Shown here piece by piece: positions 16,816-34,994 of a stretch of DNA of 64,000 bases. This DNA is from the human T2T-CHM13v2.0 reference genome, Homo sapiens. The stretch is taken from the NCBI RefSeq assembly GCF_009914755.1, contig NC_060947.1; one strand, written 5' to 3'. Position 1 is the first letter of the stretch. Each line of letters begins with the position of its first letter. The notes below the pieces were generated by a model. The model worked only from the letters and a program-made list of their open reading frames with translations. It made no database searches and had not been told where the DNA came from. The position numbers and the translations under genes were made by a program.

Positions 16816-18219
16816 CTCTGTAACCTGAGTTTTTCAAATTTAAGAGGCTGGTCCAAATCTCCTTTAATGTCACTTTTACCTCAAAGGTAACATAATTCCC
16901 CCATGCAAAGATAAACACTTTACATAATGGCATTGTTTAATGCAGCCATAAATTTCTGTATAAGCTAGAATTCTCAGATTATTACATCTCCAATATTTTA
17001 TTCTCTTTTGTTCAGGCATAATATAAATAATCCATTAGAGGGGAAGAATGGAGGAGCCTAAGAAAGAAAGGTGCCCTTTACTTTTTTTTACTTTATCCGC
17101 TTTCCTCACATTCCCATTTGTCTAAGCATCTCCCGAACCACGTCTATATATTGTTAGGCAGATTTCAAGTCCCTGCTCTCTTTCTCTACTTATATAATAA
17201 TTGGTATGGTAACTTCAAATCATTATGATTATATCTAACCTCTCCCTGTACTTTCAGTTGTGGAAGTAGACATAAATTTAAATGTGAACCAAAACTTCTT
17301 GAAATGTACATATTCATCAATAAATATTTATTGAGTGATAAATACTGAGCACAGTGATAAGTACTGAGGGAAAAGCAAAAAATCAAATATAGATCTTACC
17401 ATTAGGCAGCTTGGAGTTTTATAAAGGAAACTGTTGTTTATGTATATGAGATAAAAGACAATTATTATTCAAAGCAGAAGGTGATAGGTCGAAGATCACT
17501 TAAACAAACAAAAAGTACATATGAAATGGTAGAGAATTTGGAGTAGAGCTCTGGAGAGATTTATAGAGGACTAAAGATTATACATGTGAAATTCGGGAGG
17601 ACAGATGTTCAGAAAAATATTGATTTATTCAGAATGCAACTTTAGAGTAAAAGTAATTTCCCTGGGTTAAAAATATTCTCACTTATTACTTGACATATGT
17701 AGACTGCTGTGTGCATAGCAATTTGATTAGGCTAGTTTTGTATTGAATGATTGGAAGATGAAGTCATTATCATCATCATCCCCTTTTTACTAGTGCCATT
17801 ACTATTGTGACCTAAACCTGGCCTTTTAGCACATTTTATTTATTACAGAAAGTTAGGGAGGAAAAATAACTTTTCCTTTTCCCCATTTTAGGTTCATTGG
17901 CCACGGTCTCTATACCAAAAGGCAGATTAGCAAAAGAAAATAATGCAGATTTATTTAGGTTTTACATAACTTGAGAGGGGAGCATTCATAAGGAAATGAA
18001 GATCCAAAGAAACAGTTAAACCTGAGGTTTTCTATAGTATGTTTGATGAAAAATGGAGAGGTGTGGAAAAATATGATAGGGAGAAGGAAAAGTATGTGCT
18101 AAGTATAATAAACTGGGAGAAATTTAACAAGACCTATTTGTTCAGATTTCTATGTCCCTTTATTTTCAGAGATAAGGATGTTGGTTTCCTCAGGGTGCAT
18201 ATAGCAAAGTTAGCTCTCA

Positions 18220-18512
<293 letters not shown>

Positions 18513-18523
18513 AGCCACATGAG

Positions 18524-19118
18524 TTTTTGTTTGTTTGCTTTTGTTTTTTGTTTTTTTCTTTAAGAGAAAGGATCAATCTGTGTTGCCCTGTCTGGAGAAG
18601 AGTGGCATGATCATGACTCACTGTGGCCTCGAGCTCCCAGGCTCAAGCGATCCTCCTAACTCAGCCTCTTGAGTAGCTGGGACTAGGCACATAACCACCG
18701 CACCCAGCTTGCTTATTTATTTATTTATTTATTTATTTAAGGCAGGGTCTCACTCTGTCACCTAGGCAGGAATACAGTGATGCCATCATAACTCATTGCA
18801 GCCTCAACTTTCTGTGCTCAAGCAATCCTCCCATCTCATTTTCTTTTTTTTAAATTTTTTGTAGAGACGAGGTCTAGCTATGTTGCTTAGGCTGCTCTCG
18901 AACTCCTGGGCCCACGTGATCCTCCTGCCTCAGCCTCCTAAAGAGCTGGGATTACAGGTGTGAGCCACCACACCCAGCAGAGCTTATTTTTGTATTTTTT
19001 GTAGAGATGGGGTTTTGCCATATTGTCCAGGCTGGCCTTGAGCTCCTGAGTCCAAGCAATCCATCCACTTTGGCCTCCACAAGTGCTCGGATTACAGGCA
19101 TGAGCCCCCATGTGGGGC
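18524..19118 (-). mobile_element. AluJ with a second, internally deleted AluJ (~18712-18977) nested in its middle linker
   Basis: Right arm 18524-18708, (TTTA)n-tailed insert, then the left arm resumes at ~18983. The gcttattt sequence is repeated at both insert ends. Confidence 0.8.
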
Positions 19119-19310
19119 CTACATGAGGGTCTTAAGACCTGTGCCCAGGAAAGATCAGATAGTCCTTCCTGCAGGTGTCATTTCTAAAAGTTCTTCAGCT
19201 TAAAATACTCAATATGCCAAGGCACCATATTTTTGGGTAATGTGCCCTGAACTTCACCATGTCCGTGTAACCTAAATAACATACGTGACTGGTCAATGTT
19301 TTGTCTTCAC

Positions 19311-19620
<310 letters not shown>

Positions 19621-21121
19621 TGTCTTCACTTTTTCAATCAACCAAGTGGGGAAGGAGAAACCTTTTGAATAATTGGAATACAGCAGAGAAACCTAAGTGA
19701 AAAAATTCAATTTTAAAATCAGAGAGAATTATTTCTTCCATAGCAAACTCATCCTTTAAATAAAGCAAGCAATGATTGGTGAACCATTAGCAAATTTTTG
19801 GCAAAACTTTCTTCTGCAATAAAGAATAATTTCCAAGCTTGTCAGATCTAAACAAATGGAACTAAATTGGACAGAGCTATTTAAACTGACAGATTAATAG
19901 AAAAAAAATAGTCTTTAGTGTTAGTGTTTGATTTTTAGTCTCTTGAACTTCCATGTATATTTAAGGTGATTTCTCCTCATTGAGTTATAAAGATGTGCCC
20001 ATCAACATGATGAATTTGTATCTGAACAGTTTGGCTGAAATTTGCCAAGGGGTTGATTTTGGCAGTCTCTTAAATTTTTCATTGTAATGCTGATATGTCT
20101 CTGCATAAGACTAACTTTGCTTAAAAATAAGAAAGAATCATAGTATTTTTCTATTTGTGTTTCATGGTCCTTTAATGAAAATAACAGTATTTCAGAGGCC
20201 TGGATTTAAAAACCAATGTCACAGGCTGTCCATCAAATTATAACACTTACCTCATCTTTGCAACTAGAATCTTGCCAAATGCTGTTGATATTGATAGAAG
20301 TGTTTTCATACATAATTGGCAGTTATGCAGCAATAGAGTATCTATAAAATAGTTGAAAGTTAAAAAAAAATTACCTGGTAAAAAGAAGGTCTCCTGACAG
20401 ATCTGAAAAATGTGCATGTATTTAGGAGCAGTTTGAATACAATACATAAAATTATTAGTTGTCAATGAGAGCAAAAGGAAGGTGCAGAGAATGTTAGGGG
20501 TAATTACAGCAACTAATGATAGTGTTTGAGGGCAGGCTGAATCTTTGTGGGTATGTACGTTCATTTGTGTTTGCTGGGGTTTGCTCTAAATTATCTTTCT
20601 GTATCAACAGTTATTTTTCACATCTCTTTGAAAAATACTAGAGATGGGAACTTTTACCATAGATATTGGTTTATAAAAATCAGGATATTCCAACAAAAGA
20701 AAAATATTTGATCCTTTTACATAATTTAACCTTAAATCATTTATAGAGCTACTAACGTGCATTAATAACATCTCTTTGAACCTTAGTTTTTCTTTAATCT
20801 TCAAATTAGATTTTAAAGAATGAAATGTTAGGAATTCCGTCAATAAATTTAAATTGAAATGGATTCATTTGAACTAATGGCTGAGTAAAATGGTGACATT
20901 CCCATATTAAACATGATAATTTGGTATACTGTATTACACATTTTCATTTATTTCATGGAGAGTAGAATTTTTATAAGCAGTAATTCAGAAAAATGTGAGT
21001 TGACTTCATGGAACTATTTCCCACATTTAAAAAAAAAGACTTTAACTGATAATGTCTTCTTTTAGATGTTTTGTGGAACACTTGGTAAAATATTCTAAAT
21101 CCTTTGCACACTGTTCTTTAG

Positions 21122-21246
21122 TTTCAGCTCAAATTCTCAAGAGCAACCTTGCATCAATGGAACAACAAATTGTTCATCTGGAACGTGACATCAAGAAATT
21201 CCCCCAAGCAGAAAATCAACACGATAAGTTTGTGGAAAAGATGACC
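21122..21246 (+). CDS. DIAPH2: Internal coding exon (125 bp) of diaphanous-related formin 2, C-terminal part of the FH2 domain
   Basis: Acceptor ctgttctttag|TT at 21120-21121. 2 nt plus 41 codons give (V)SAQILKSNLASMEQQIVHLERDIKKFPQAENQHDKFVEKMT, recognised as DIAPH2 FH2 sequence. The exon ends exactly at the ATATCCTTT donor. ORF-track entry 21052-21285 contains it with intronic flanks. Confidence 0.93.
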
Positions 21247-21255
21247 ATATCCTTT
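21247..21255 (+). other. U12-type (minor spliceosome, AT-AC class) 5' splice site
   Basis: ACC|ATATCCTTT matches the U11-binding consensus RTATCCTTT exactly. It lies where protein similarity ends (after KMT), and there is no GT at the boundary. Confidence 0.92.
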
Positions 21256-21499
21256 ATTTATTTAAGCATTTTGTCTAGTTTTTAGTCTCTATGTCTGTCT
21301 GTTTACTAACTGTGTGGTTAGTTCTAGATTTACTAGTCTTTTCACACCATCTGGATGAATTTGTGTATATGCTGTTTTTCTATTAGTAGCATAAATTTTG
21401 TTTCATGATGTTTTCAACCAGTAGGCAAGGGAACAATTAGATTTTTTTTGAAGGCTATTTCTCAAAGAAGAATTCCATTTGAAAGCCCACAGGATATGC

Positions 21500-21508
21500 A
21501 AGGTAAGT
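21500..21508 (+). other. Consensus U2-type 5' splice site / U1 snRNP site inside the U12 intron (candidate cryptic donor)
   Basis: AAG|GTAAGT with GT at 21503-21504. Usage is not demonstrable from sequence. Confidence 0.45.
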
Positions 21509-23225
21509 CTTAAGAGGTTTGATGAAACCTAAACAAAACAAAACAGAATGTTCTTATATAACCAAATGTTTAAAGTAAATTATCAACAGAAGGTTTTTTT
21601 TTGTCTGAGATTTTGTGTGTGTGTGCATACATTTTCTGAGGGCATGTGTGCATTTTCAAGGACAATAAGAGGATAACTAATATCACTAGACAGAAAGGAC
21701 TGTGAAGGATAAATGGATACATGGTTGGATGGATAGACGAATTGATTAGTAGATTATATATTTAAATAAATTGTAGTAGATATCTGTATAACATTAAGCA
21801 TTTCTTGCTAAATAAACATTTTTTGAAACTTCTAGTTTATAGCAGTATATTCATATAAATCATAAAAATATATAAAAGGAAAACTTGAGAAATAGCATTT
21901 AGCTTGAATTGTTTAATGTTAAATCTGGTGTCTAAAGATAAACTACATTAGACCTGATTTTTTTATAATTTTCTATTTTAGTTTTCAAAAGTTAAAGCCA
22001 TATCCTCCTCCTCTGGGTTTAAATAAGTATCTTGAACTGCAGATTGATTCACCATTTTATATCTTTAGAGGGAATAAATACTGTAAATTCTTTATCTGAT
22101 AATAAGTAAATTCCTTCAACAACTATTTGGCAGTCACCTTGTTTCAAGGTTAAATCTATTGCCTTTTTCTTCTGTGATATGCTTTATTTTTTGCCCAACT
22201 TGGAAGTTACAGTGCTGAACTCGAATTACTTAAGAATGGCAATTTAGATTTATGTTAAAAAAAATTTTAACTCTCAGTGTTTTGGTTCATTAATGAATAC
22301 TGTGTTTTGTATGGTACTTTAGTGATTCTGAGTACCTTCATGAATACAAATATTGGCAAAATAAGTTTGTGATTGATTGGAGGCAGGGAATCCACAAAAA
22401 TAACCTTGGGTTGCATTACTGGCCACGTTAGGATACCTAATGTGAAGGTTTCACTTTATTGCTGATTACATTTTTTTTTTTTTTCAAATATGTTATATTG
22501 TCCTGTGCCTGGAAACACCACCTCCTTTTTCACCTTTTGATTTTGGTTCTTGCCTCATATATTTGAATTTAATTCCTTATCCCCTTTTTCTTTTGAACAT
22601 TTTCTTCTACTGTTGGCTTATAGCCACACAACAGCTTGCAACATTGAGTCTTTGTTGCTCATTTAGAAAAAGAAAAGTAATTTCAAACCCTCATGAACTT
22701 GGCCTGGACTCCTTATTTTATTTCTCTCTTTATGCAGGTAATTAAGCACTTTAAAATGAAAATCCAGAGCCTTCTGTATCTGTATGTTACAGATGAATGG
22801 TTATTCTTCATTTAAGTGGCACTAAAGTGTGACTATTTGTCCACAAGGGGATTGAAAACTGTATTAAAATGTATGGGGCTGTTACTTTGCATATCATATT
22901 TTTTAAAGAAACAAAATAAAATACACAGCAATTTATTTCAGAGAAAAAATTAGAATATTGAGTTGGGTTGGTTAAAAACTATGAATTAATGGATTATAAA
23001 GATAAAACTGTGGCTCAAGTTATTCTTCCTTTGAAAGACTTCTTGGTCACCCATTGAGAGTTTCTATCTTCTAGAAAGAGACGAACGAAATGCGTAATCA
23101 TTATATGTATGTATATGAGTTCTGGTGCCTACCTAATATATATATTTTTTACCCTTCTGGCAATGCTAAAAGAGAAAGATATTTTATTGTGGGATACTTG
23201 ATCCTGTTTTAAAAATAGAACCATG

Positions 23226-23549
<324 letters not shown>

Positions 23550-24508
23550 CTAGTATAGGATCCTTTGTACTAGATGATCTTTCCAATATTTCCATCCAGT
23601 GCCAATAAATTGTTTTGCTTCAAGTCACTGGCCCTTTAAATTGAATAATTAGGGTCACAAGTATTGGAGTAGTTTCCATGGAAAGTAACTTTAGCTACTT
23701 AAACAGTAATCTGTCTGTGAGGACTGAGTTCACAAGCTGAAAAGCATTCGTATGCCTCTGGACTTCAGAACAGCAACAATGCTGTAGTTAGCAGCAATGG
23801 CATGATGGCTTCAGGGCAACTGAATATGCAGGTTGGATCTTCAAGTCAGGCTATGTCCTGGAGCACCCTATATTTACCCTTACTCTTTCCCAATTTTGAT
23901 TGAACACTTAAAGTATGCTAGACATTGCCAGGCATGAAAATTGAACAGTACACAAGATGATAGAAAACTTGACCTCAGGCTGCTGACAGTCTGACATTTG
24001 TATGTTCTCTGTCTTGCTGTTCCCATGGCAGAGATTATGTATGGTTTGTTAATTACTATATGCCTACCACCTAGCACAGTGTAGGCACTCAGTAAATATG
24101 TGTTGAATCACACGGTATTATAGCTAGAGACAGTGAAGATCATCTAGTCCAAGCCCCTGCCTTTACTTAGCACTTCAAAACGATACTGTCAGTGTTAGGC
24201 TGTGCTTATATTTATAAAAATTTTCTTCATATATCTCTCACAAATGTATCATTGAATCACCTTTATAGAGCATGCTGTAATGTATAATCAGTTTTAAGAG
24301 AGAGGATCCACAGCTTTTAAAGTAAACATCAGAAAAAACATAGACAAAAAACAAAAACAAAAACAAAAAAACCTCTCCTTTGAATGGAGTTTCCAAGGCT
24401 ATTTCTAGCCTGCTGGGGCCAATGGCTTTAGAAGGAAACTCATCACCTCTTTCTTCCTTTCTCTACCCAAAATAGGTTGCTTGTTCTGACTCAGAAAAAA
24501 TTAGATGG

Positions 24509-25378
<870 letters not shown>

Positions 25379-26125
25379 CTTTACTTTTTTAAAAAAGTCA
25401 AAGCATCATTTTTACTTACCAATCCTTGCTTCTTCTGTCAGAAAAGAAACCCATTCTTAAAAGAGGACTTCTTAGACTTTTAAATATGTGTTGTGGTCCA
25501 TTCTTAACATCTTAAACTATCTAAAAAAGCACATCAACCACGATGTCGACCTTACTGCTTATATCCAGTTGACAAATTCCTTACCACATTTACTTGCAGA
25601 GATTTTGTCAATGGCAGGGTTTTCTGTTGCCCAAAATCAGCTTAGCTTTTTGATTGACTGCTGGTTAAATCATTTCCCCAACCGGAGGACAGAGAGTGAC
25701 TGAGCAGCAGGGGCACCATTAACACATTGACAAGAAGAGCTGACAGAATGTTAATGACATTAACACCCTGTCAACTAACTATCAACACTTGGGATTTCCT
25801 CATAGTATGAGGGAAGTCATTTGAAGTGGTTACAAATCAAGTTACTGAGAAGGCACATTATCCTTTCCAGATAATTCAAAACAGATTTGGGGTCTTCACT
25901 GCACTGCCATTATGTTAATTGTATTCCACCTTTATTTATTAAGATAATAATTTTTAAGTAGATGAAAAAACTCACAGAACCACCAGTGACATTGATCACC
26001 TTTGAGAACATGCCAGTAACAGGTTTCAGGGAGATGATAATCCACACTTTGTAAAGCAAATGTCATATAAAATTGACAAAATAGAAATGAAAGCAAAAAC
26101 AACCCTCAAGAGCAAAGCTGTTGTG

Positions 26126-26160
26126 TTTTGTTTTGTTTTGTTTTGTTTTGTTTTGTTTTT
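26126..26160. repeat. (TTTTG)n microsatellite
   Basis: Direct reading. Confidence 0.9.
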
Positions 26161-26217
26161 AATGAACATAGTAATTCAGGTCATTTTCTGGTGCCTAAAG
26201 AAAAATTGAGAACTTCA

Positions 26218-26837
<620 letters not shown>

Positions 26838-26906
26838 TCAATGGAATTTTTAGTTTAATTGAATTTAAATAGAAAGTATAATCATTTATGATAATAATAA
26901 AGTAGT

Positions 26907-28006
<1,100 letters not shown>

Positions 28007-28126
28007 CTGTTTAGTTAATGTCATATGCCAGCCATTATGCTAGGAATATCTATATCTATATATCTGTCTATATATTTTCCTAAGTGACCGCCAAAGCAAT
28101 ACTATGAAGTAGGTACTATTACTAAC

Positions 28127-28445
28127 TTTATTTTATTTTATTTATTTTATTTTATTTTATTTTATTTATTTTATTTTATTTTTGAGACAGAGTCTCGCTC
28201 TGTTGGCCAGGCTGGAGTGCAGTGGTACAGTCCCGAGTTCAAGCCATTCTCCTGCCTCAGCTGCCCAAGTAGCTGGGACTACAGGTGCTGGCCACCACAC
28301 CTGACTAATTTTTGTATTTGTATTTTTAGTAGAGACGGGGTTTCACCATATTGGCCAGGCTGGTCTCGAACTCCTGACCTTGTGACCCACCCGCCTCAGC
28401 CTCCCAAAGTGCTGGGATTACAGGCATGAGCCACTGCACCCAGCC
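28127..28445 (-). mobile_element. AluS with an internal deletion and (TTTTA)n tail
   Basis: cagtggtacag|tcccgag deletion. TSD taactttatttt. Confidence 0.9.
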
Positions 28446-30032
28446 TTAACTTTATTTTAAATGTGATAAAATTGAGGCTATAGAGGTTCAACCATGTACA
28501 GGAGATCACATAGGTAATATGTGTGGTTCATGAGGGTCAGAATTCCAATTTTGGTCTTTCCGACATTAAACCTTGTGCTTCTAACCATGGTATTGTGCTG
28601 CCTCCGAGGTTAGACCTGTTTGAAAATCTGAGATAAGTTCTACATTTGTTCCCTGTGAAACTGTTTTTTTGCTTCCTTTTCAATCTCTCTCAAATGGGAA
28701 AAAAAATGTTCTTTTTGAAAGGATTGTAAACTGATTTAAAAATTAGCTGCTCACTTATACCATCTCCTCCAGAAAGCCTTCCCTAATCATAGCAATCAAA
28801 ATTAATTTCCCTATTCCCTGTATTTTTATAACATTTTAATACTTTGATTATTGTACTTGCTGGTTTGCCTGTACTCTGTTCATGTACATGTACATATCTA
28901 TTTTGCATACTGGTTTATGTACTCTTTTCAGATACAGATTCTGATTCATATTTTGAGTACTTCACAACAAGCCTGTAACAATGCTTTATAGAAAGTCAAG
29001 TGCTTAATAAATGTTTATTTAAATAGGTTAGAGTTTATTATATAATTAATATAAAACTTAACATTATGGCCAGTAAACAGAACATTAGCTTGTTTTTCTG
29101 GCATAGCCTCAGTTTAACAGAAGAAAGGAGTCTAACATGTTTCAAATGTTATTCTTTTATCATGTCTTGATTTAAAATGCAGCTATTGAAAATTATGTCT
29201 TAACAGATTTTAAGATAGAAATCACATTCTAAGACCCTGTCTGAATGGAGCATATTTTTAAGGGTCCGTTAGCACAAAAATTTTCTCTTTGAAGAGTTTT
29301 GCTTGCTTGAAATTCACCCTGAAATTACGTACACTATGAGCTACATTTTTCAAACTTTGTTCAGGGAATTGATAGACATTTGGTGCATGATGCTAATGGT
29401 GAGAAGAGAATATATTGCTCAGTTAAAGGATACATAAACCCTTTCAGGCCACAAGAGACTCATCTGGGAAATCATCTTTTTCAGAACATAAAACGGAACT
29501 TAATTTGTCTGAAAGAGTTAATGTACCCTCAACCTGACAAATTCTAATCGCTCTCACCAGAAGCTAAGTTTTAAAAGATGTAAAAACCTTTCTGTGGGAT
29601 TTATTCATATTGAGTAGAAATAACACAAAAAAGAAGCTTGAAAGAATAAATTACCCAATATGAATGTGGTTTTTTGTGTGTGTATGCACATAAGGAACAT
29701 GTAGCATGTGCACATGTCTATTCGTAGATGTAAAGCCATTTTGGTATTTATAAGACTATAAATTGGATATCATACCAATGAATCTGTGAATTTGTTTTCT
29801 TTGCTTTGATTTAAAATTTGGTAAAAGTTTTCAATTATGAAACACGTGGTATCTTAAGCATACATAGTTTACAGGTAATAATAGTGATGTTAGTATAATT
29901 CCTCAAGTAATATACTCTGGTGCAAAATCTCAATCATGTACTGTTTTCATAATGCAGAAAAATATATCAGTATGTTTTTGTATAATAAAAGTGTGTTTAC
30001 TTATTTCTAGTTAGGATGTGTTTGACATATAG

Positions 30033-30404
<372 letters not shown>

Positions 30405-31728
30405 TTTCTTCTGGTTTTAAATTGCTTTACAAGATGAAGACTGAAAAAAAAAAAAATACAAGAAAGTATAGGAAATCATTGTTTAATAATCATGTAATCA
30501 TGCTGTCTTTTATGTTGCAAATGTAAGATAGGATAATAATGTAGTACATTGTCTGAATTAATTAATGAAGTGAGGAATGGAAAAAAATATATGACATTAC
30601 TGAAAATTATCTAATTGAATTTTAATAATAGGATTGTATGTATACCTAGTAAGACATATATTTATAGAACTATAATCAATTTGAGAGGATCATATCTCAG
30701 CTACTTATTTAAGGCTAAGGGATTCACTAATGGTAAGAATGGAAAAATCAATGAAAAATTTAAAAAGGCCGTGTGGACAAGCTTTGCAAAGATCATCAGT
30801 GAGGAGAATAGGACCTAGTCACAAACTGATGATGTCTGAGGAGACAAAGGGCATGAGTAACTGAGTTGACAATGGTTCTGAGAGGTAACGGTAACAAACC
30901 CTCTTTATCGTATCGAAAGCAAATATCTAGTAAGTGGCTTTTCATATCTGCTAAGACATTATCAAATTTGTGCACAGCAACTCTGTTCAATTACTGATCT
31001 CTAGATGCCTTTATCATAGGCCTGACTCAGAACCTATATATAAAAGTACCTTCAAACTTTAGTGTTCTTTCAGATGCCAAGTATTTTACTTAATCCATGT
31101 GAATGAAAAGATATTTGGACTGGGTATCCATTGAGTTAAGCTCTAGCCTTGGTATTTGTGAACTTAGGAAAGACTGTTTACCCAGTCATAAAATTGAAAA
31201 AATCATACTTGGCTTGCCTACTTCATATAAATTGTTATTAAAATTAGGTATAATAGAGTGACTTTTAACATGCCTTGCAAAATGGAAAATGCTTTGTAAA
31301 ATAGAATAACCATTTAAAATTGTCATTTATGTATCATTCTCCCCTAAACCGCACAAATAGGAAATAATTCTATCCCCCAAGGAAAATGTTCTTTGTTTAA
31401 AAAAAAAAAAAAAAAAAAAAAGGCCTCTTTTTTCCAATTTCATTTTATCTAACTTTAAAAACATTTTTAAGTTCTAGCTAACTTTGCTTTTTGTATGTAG
31501 ACCAGTAAAGGGCACATTTTTCAAAATGTAGTGAATGCTTGTAGAGTAAGCAGGATGCTAACACCTCATTATTCAAGGAATATCCAGATGTTCAGTGTTA
31601 AACTTTGATTCCTTACTTTTTTCACTTTGGTAGGAAAGAGGAAGATGGAGCAATAGAGTTTGAAAATTCTTGCATACTTTATGAATGATGACATTCTATA
31701 TGCTATGACACCTATAAAATAAAGATTA

Positions 31729-32776
<1,048 letters not shown>

Positions 32777-33269
32777 GATCAAAAATGTTCTGAGAAAACA
32801 TCAAGTAGACCTCTTTGGCTGGAAGTAGTGAGAGCTGTTACTAAGAAAGAGGGTAAAAATCAAATTCTAAATAATTAATAATATTGGTCTAAGGAGTTTG
32901 AACAGTATTTGGTGGGTTATAAATTGCTGAAAGGCAAGAAACTCTTGTTCCGTCTTCTCCCTGCTTCCAGCCACCACATGGTATTTGCCTGAGAGTGATA
33001 CTTGCTACCTGCCAACTACTGATCCAAGTAAGTACTAAAGTCAGAATTGTTTCCAGTATTAGAAAGGTATGTGTGTGCACCCAGACTCATGTGTCTGATG
33101 GGGCAAATGGTTATTTCTTTGTCTTCAATAATGCATTTAACTGTTCTGTGGTTGAATTTGTAATACAGTTATAATAACTTGCATTTATATAGTGTTTTAA
33201 AGCTTGAAAAGATCTTTTATCTTCTCATGTCTAACCCTAAATGTTCTGTAGCAAAAATTATCATATTAA

Positions 33270-33570
33270 GTTTTGTTTTGTTTTGTTTGAGACGGAGTCT
33301 CACTCTGTCGTCCAGGCTGGAGTGCAGTGGAGTGGTCTCGGCTCACTACAACCTCTGCCTCCTTGGTTCAAGCAGTTCTCCCTGCCTCAGCCTCCCAGAT
33401 AGCTGGATTACAGGCGCCCGTCACCACTCCGAGCTAATTTTTGTATTTTTAGTAGAGATGGGCTTTCACCATGTAGGCCAGGCTGGTCTGGAACTCCTGA
33501 CTTCAGGTGATCCACCCGCCTTGGCCTCCCAAAATGCTGGGATTACAGGCCTGAGCCACCACACCCAGCC
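33270..33570 (-). mobile_element. AluSx-like
   Basis: TSD catattaagt. Confidence 0.92.
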
Positions 33571-33607
33571 ACATATTAAGTCTTGCACCTACTTGATGTT
33601 GTTGAGG

Positions 33608-33920
33608 ATTCATCCATTTCACAAATATTTATTGGTTGATTACTCACTGTGTGCCAGGCACTGTGTCAGATAGTTGGAACACAGTGGTGAACAAAAAAGA
33701 TACAATGCTTACTGTCAAGGAGATTTTACTTTGCTAAAAGAGATAGACATTCAGCAACTACATAAGCAACTATGGCAGGTGATAAGGAAGAGATTTATAA
33801 TGCCATGCCAGTCAACAACCTAGTTACAAGGACTGCCCTCCAGAGAGAATAATACTTGAGCTGAGATCTGAAAGATGAGTAAGAATTAATTCAGGGAAAA
33901 GGTGAAGAGGAATCTTTACC
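33608..33920 (-). mobile_element. L2 3' end
   Basis: attcatccatttcacaaatatttatt...gtgccaggcactgtg...gagctgagatctgaaagatgagtaagaatt. Confidence 0.7.
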
Positions 33921-34535
33921 TCAGCCTGTTTATCTACAGGTGTTTCAAATGTTTGACAGTTTGGTACCTTGGCGATGATTTGGTTAGTTTCTTGTTTATG
34001 GTCTTACTGGATTTACAATCCTAGTGGAGTTTTAAAGTTGGAGTTAGAAATCTCTCAAATTGAGCCAAATCCTGAGGACATTTTATGTTTAAAAAACCCT
34101 CTTAACTTTTCTCCCCCAAAAGTTGCTTTTTTACTATTGGCTAGGGATTGAGTATGGATATTTTTGAAAAGCTATGTCAGATTCCGTGGAAAACCTAAAG
34201 CTCTGTGAACCTTGTGGGAGCTGGAATTTTTCAGCTAAGAGGTTCGAATAGATTTAGGTATTTATCCAAACCGAACTTTTAAACCACCAGAGATTTGCCC
34301 ATTACTAGTTTACATAGAGCTTAACTACAGTGGTTTCCTCTTTCAACATTTACTTTTTTTATTTAAACAGCTTAATCGAGAGCTATAAAAACACTGGATC
34401 AGTCTTTTCAAATAAAAATGAAATGCAACTGCCATGCGTTAGTCTTTTAGAAGAAGCCCTTCTGCCTGTAGGCAGTTTAGGTGTTAAAATGATGGCTTTT
34501 TCAATACCAAAAGATCTAGTTTTTGTTTGCAAGGT

Positions 34536-34605
34536 CATATCTTTGAATTATTAGTTTATAAAAACCTGGCATATCTTCGAATTATAAGTTTATAAAAACC
34601 TGGCA
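34536..34605. repeat. 34-bp tandem duplication
   Basis: catatctttgaattattagtttataaaaacctgg / catatcttcgaattataagtttataaaaacctgg, 2 mismatches. Confidence 0.92.
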
Positions 34606-34994
34606 GTTCTTTTGATTTTAGTTACAAGTGCACACGTGTGTGTGTGCACGTGTGTGTGCATGTGTGTGAAACACCAAGAGTCATGAGATTTACATTATTG
34701 GCTTGTTAATTAAGGGAAGAATTCCATAATTGTTTTAAATCAATCACACTGCACAGGGGACATTTTGCCTATTTGTTTTTCTGCACATATTTTATATGTC
34801 ATTGTTTATGTTTGCTTAAAATGCCAAGATGTGCTTAAGTTAGTAATGCTAATATTGATCCAAAACTCTCAATTTATGACTGATTCTTCATTTTTTTCTT
34901 TTGTAAGTCATTGCTTTGCTTTAACTCTTAATGTTATCGGGAATAAGGTATTTTAATACTCATTTCCTTTAGAGGAAATAAAAATATCAACTTT

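Noticed and set aside
21052-21285. 77-aa ORF as a standalone gene
   Set aside because: Only 21122-21246 is formin-like. The flanks lie outside the acceptor and the U12 donor and are intronic read-through.
31399-31422. Orphan poly-A tract as a retrocopy tail
   Set aside because: No TSD, upstream AATAAA or recognisable body. Treated as a simple mononucleotide run, like those near 16645 and 35534.
33179-33673. 164-aa ORF and the many ORFs containing LECSG, SWDYR or GLELLTS
   Set aside because: These are standard translations of Alu sequence, not genes.
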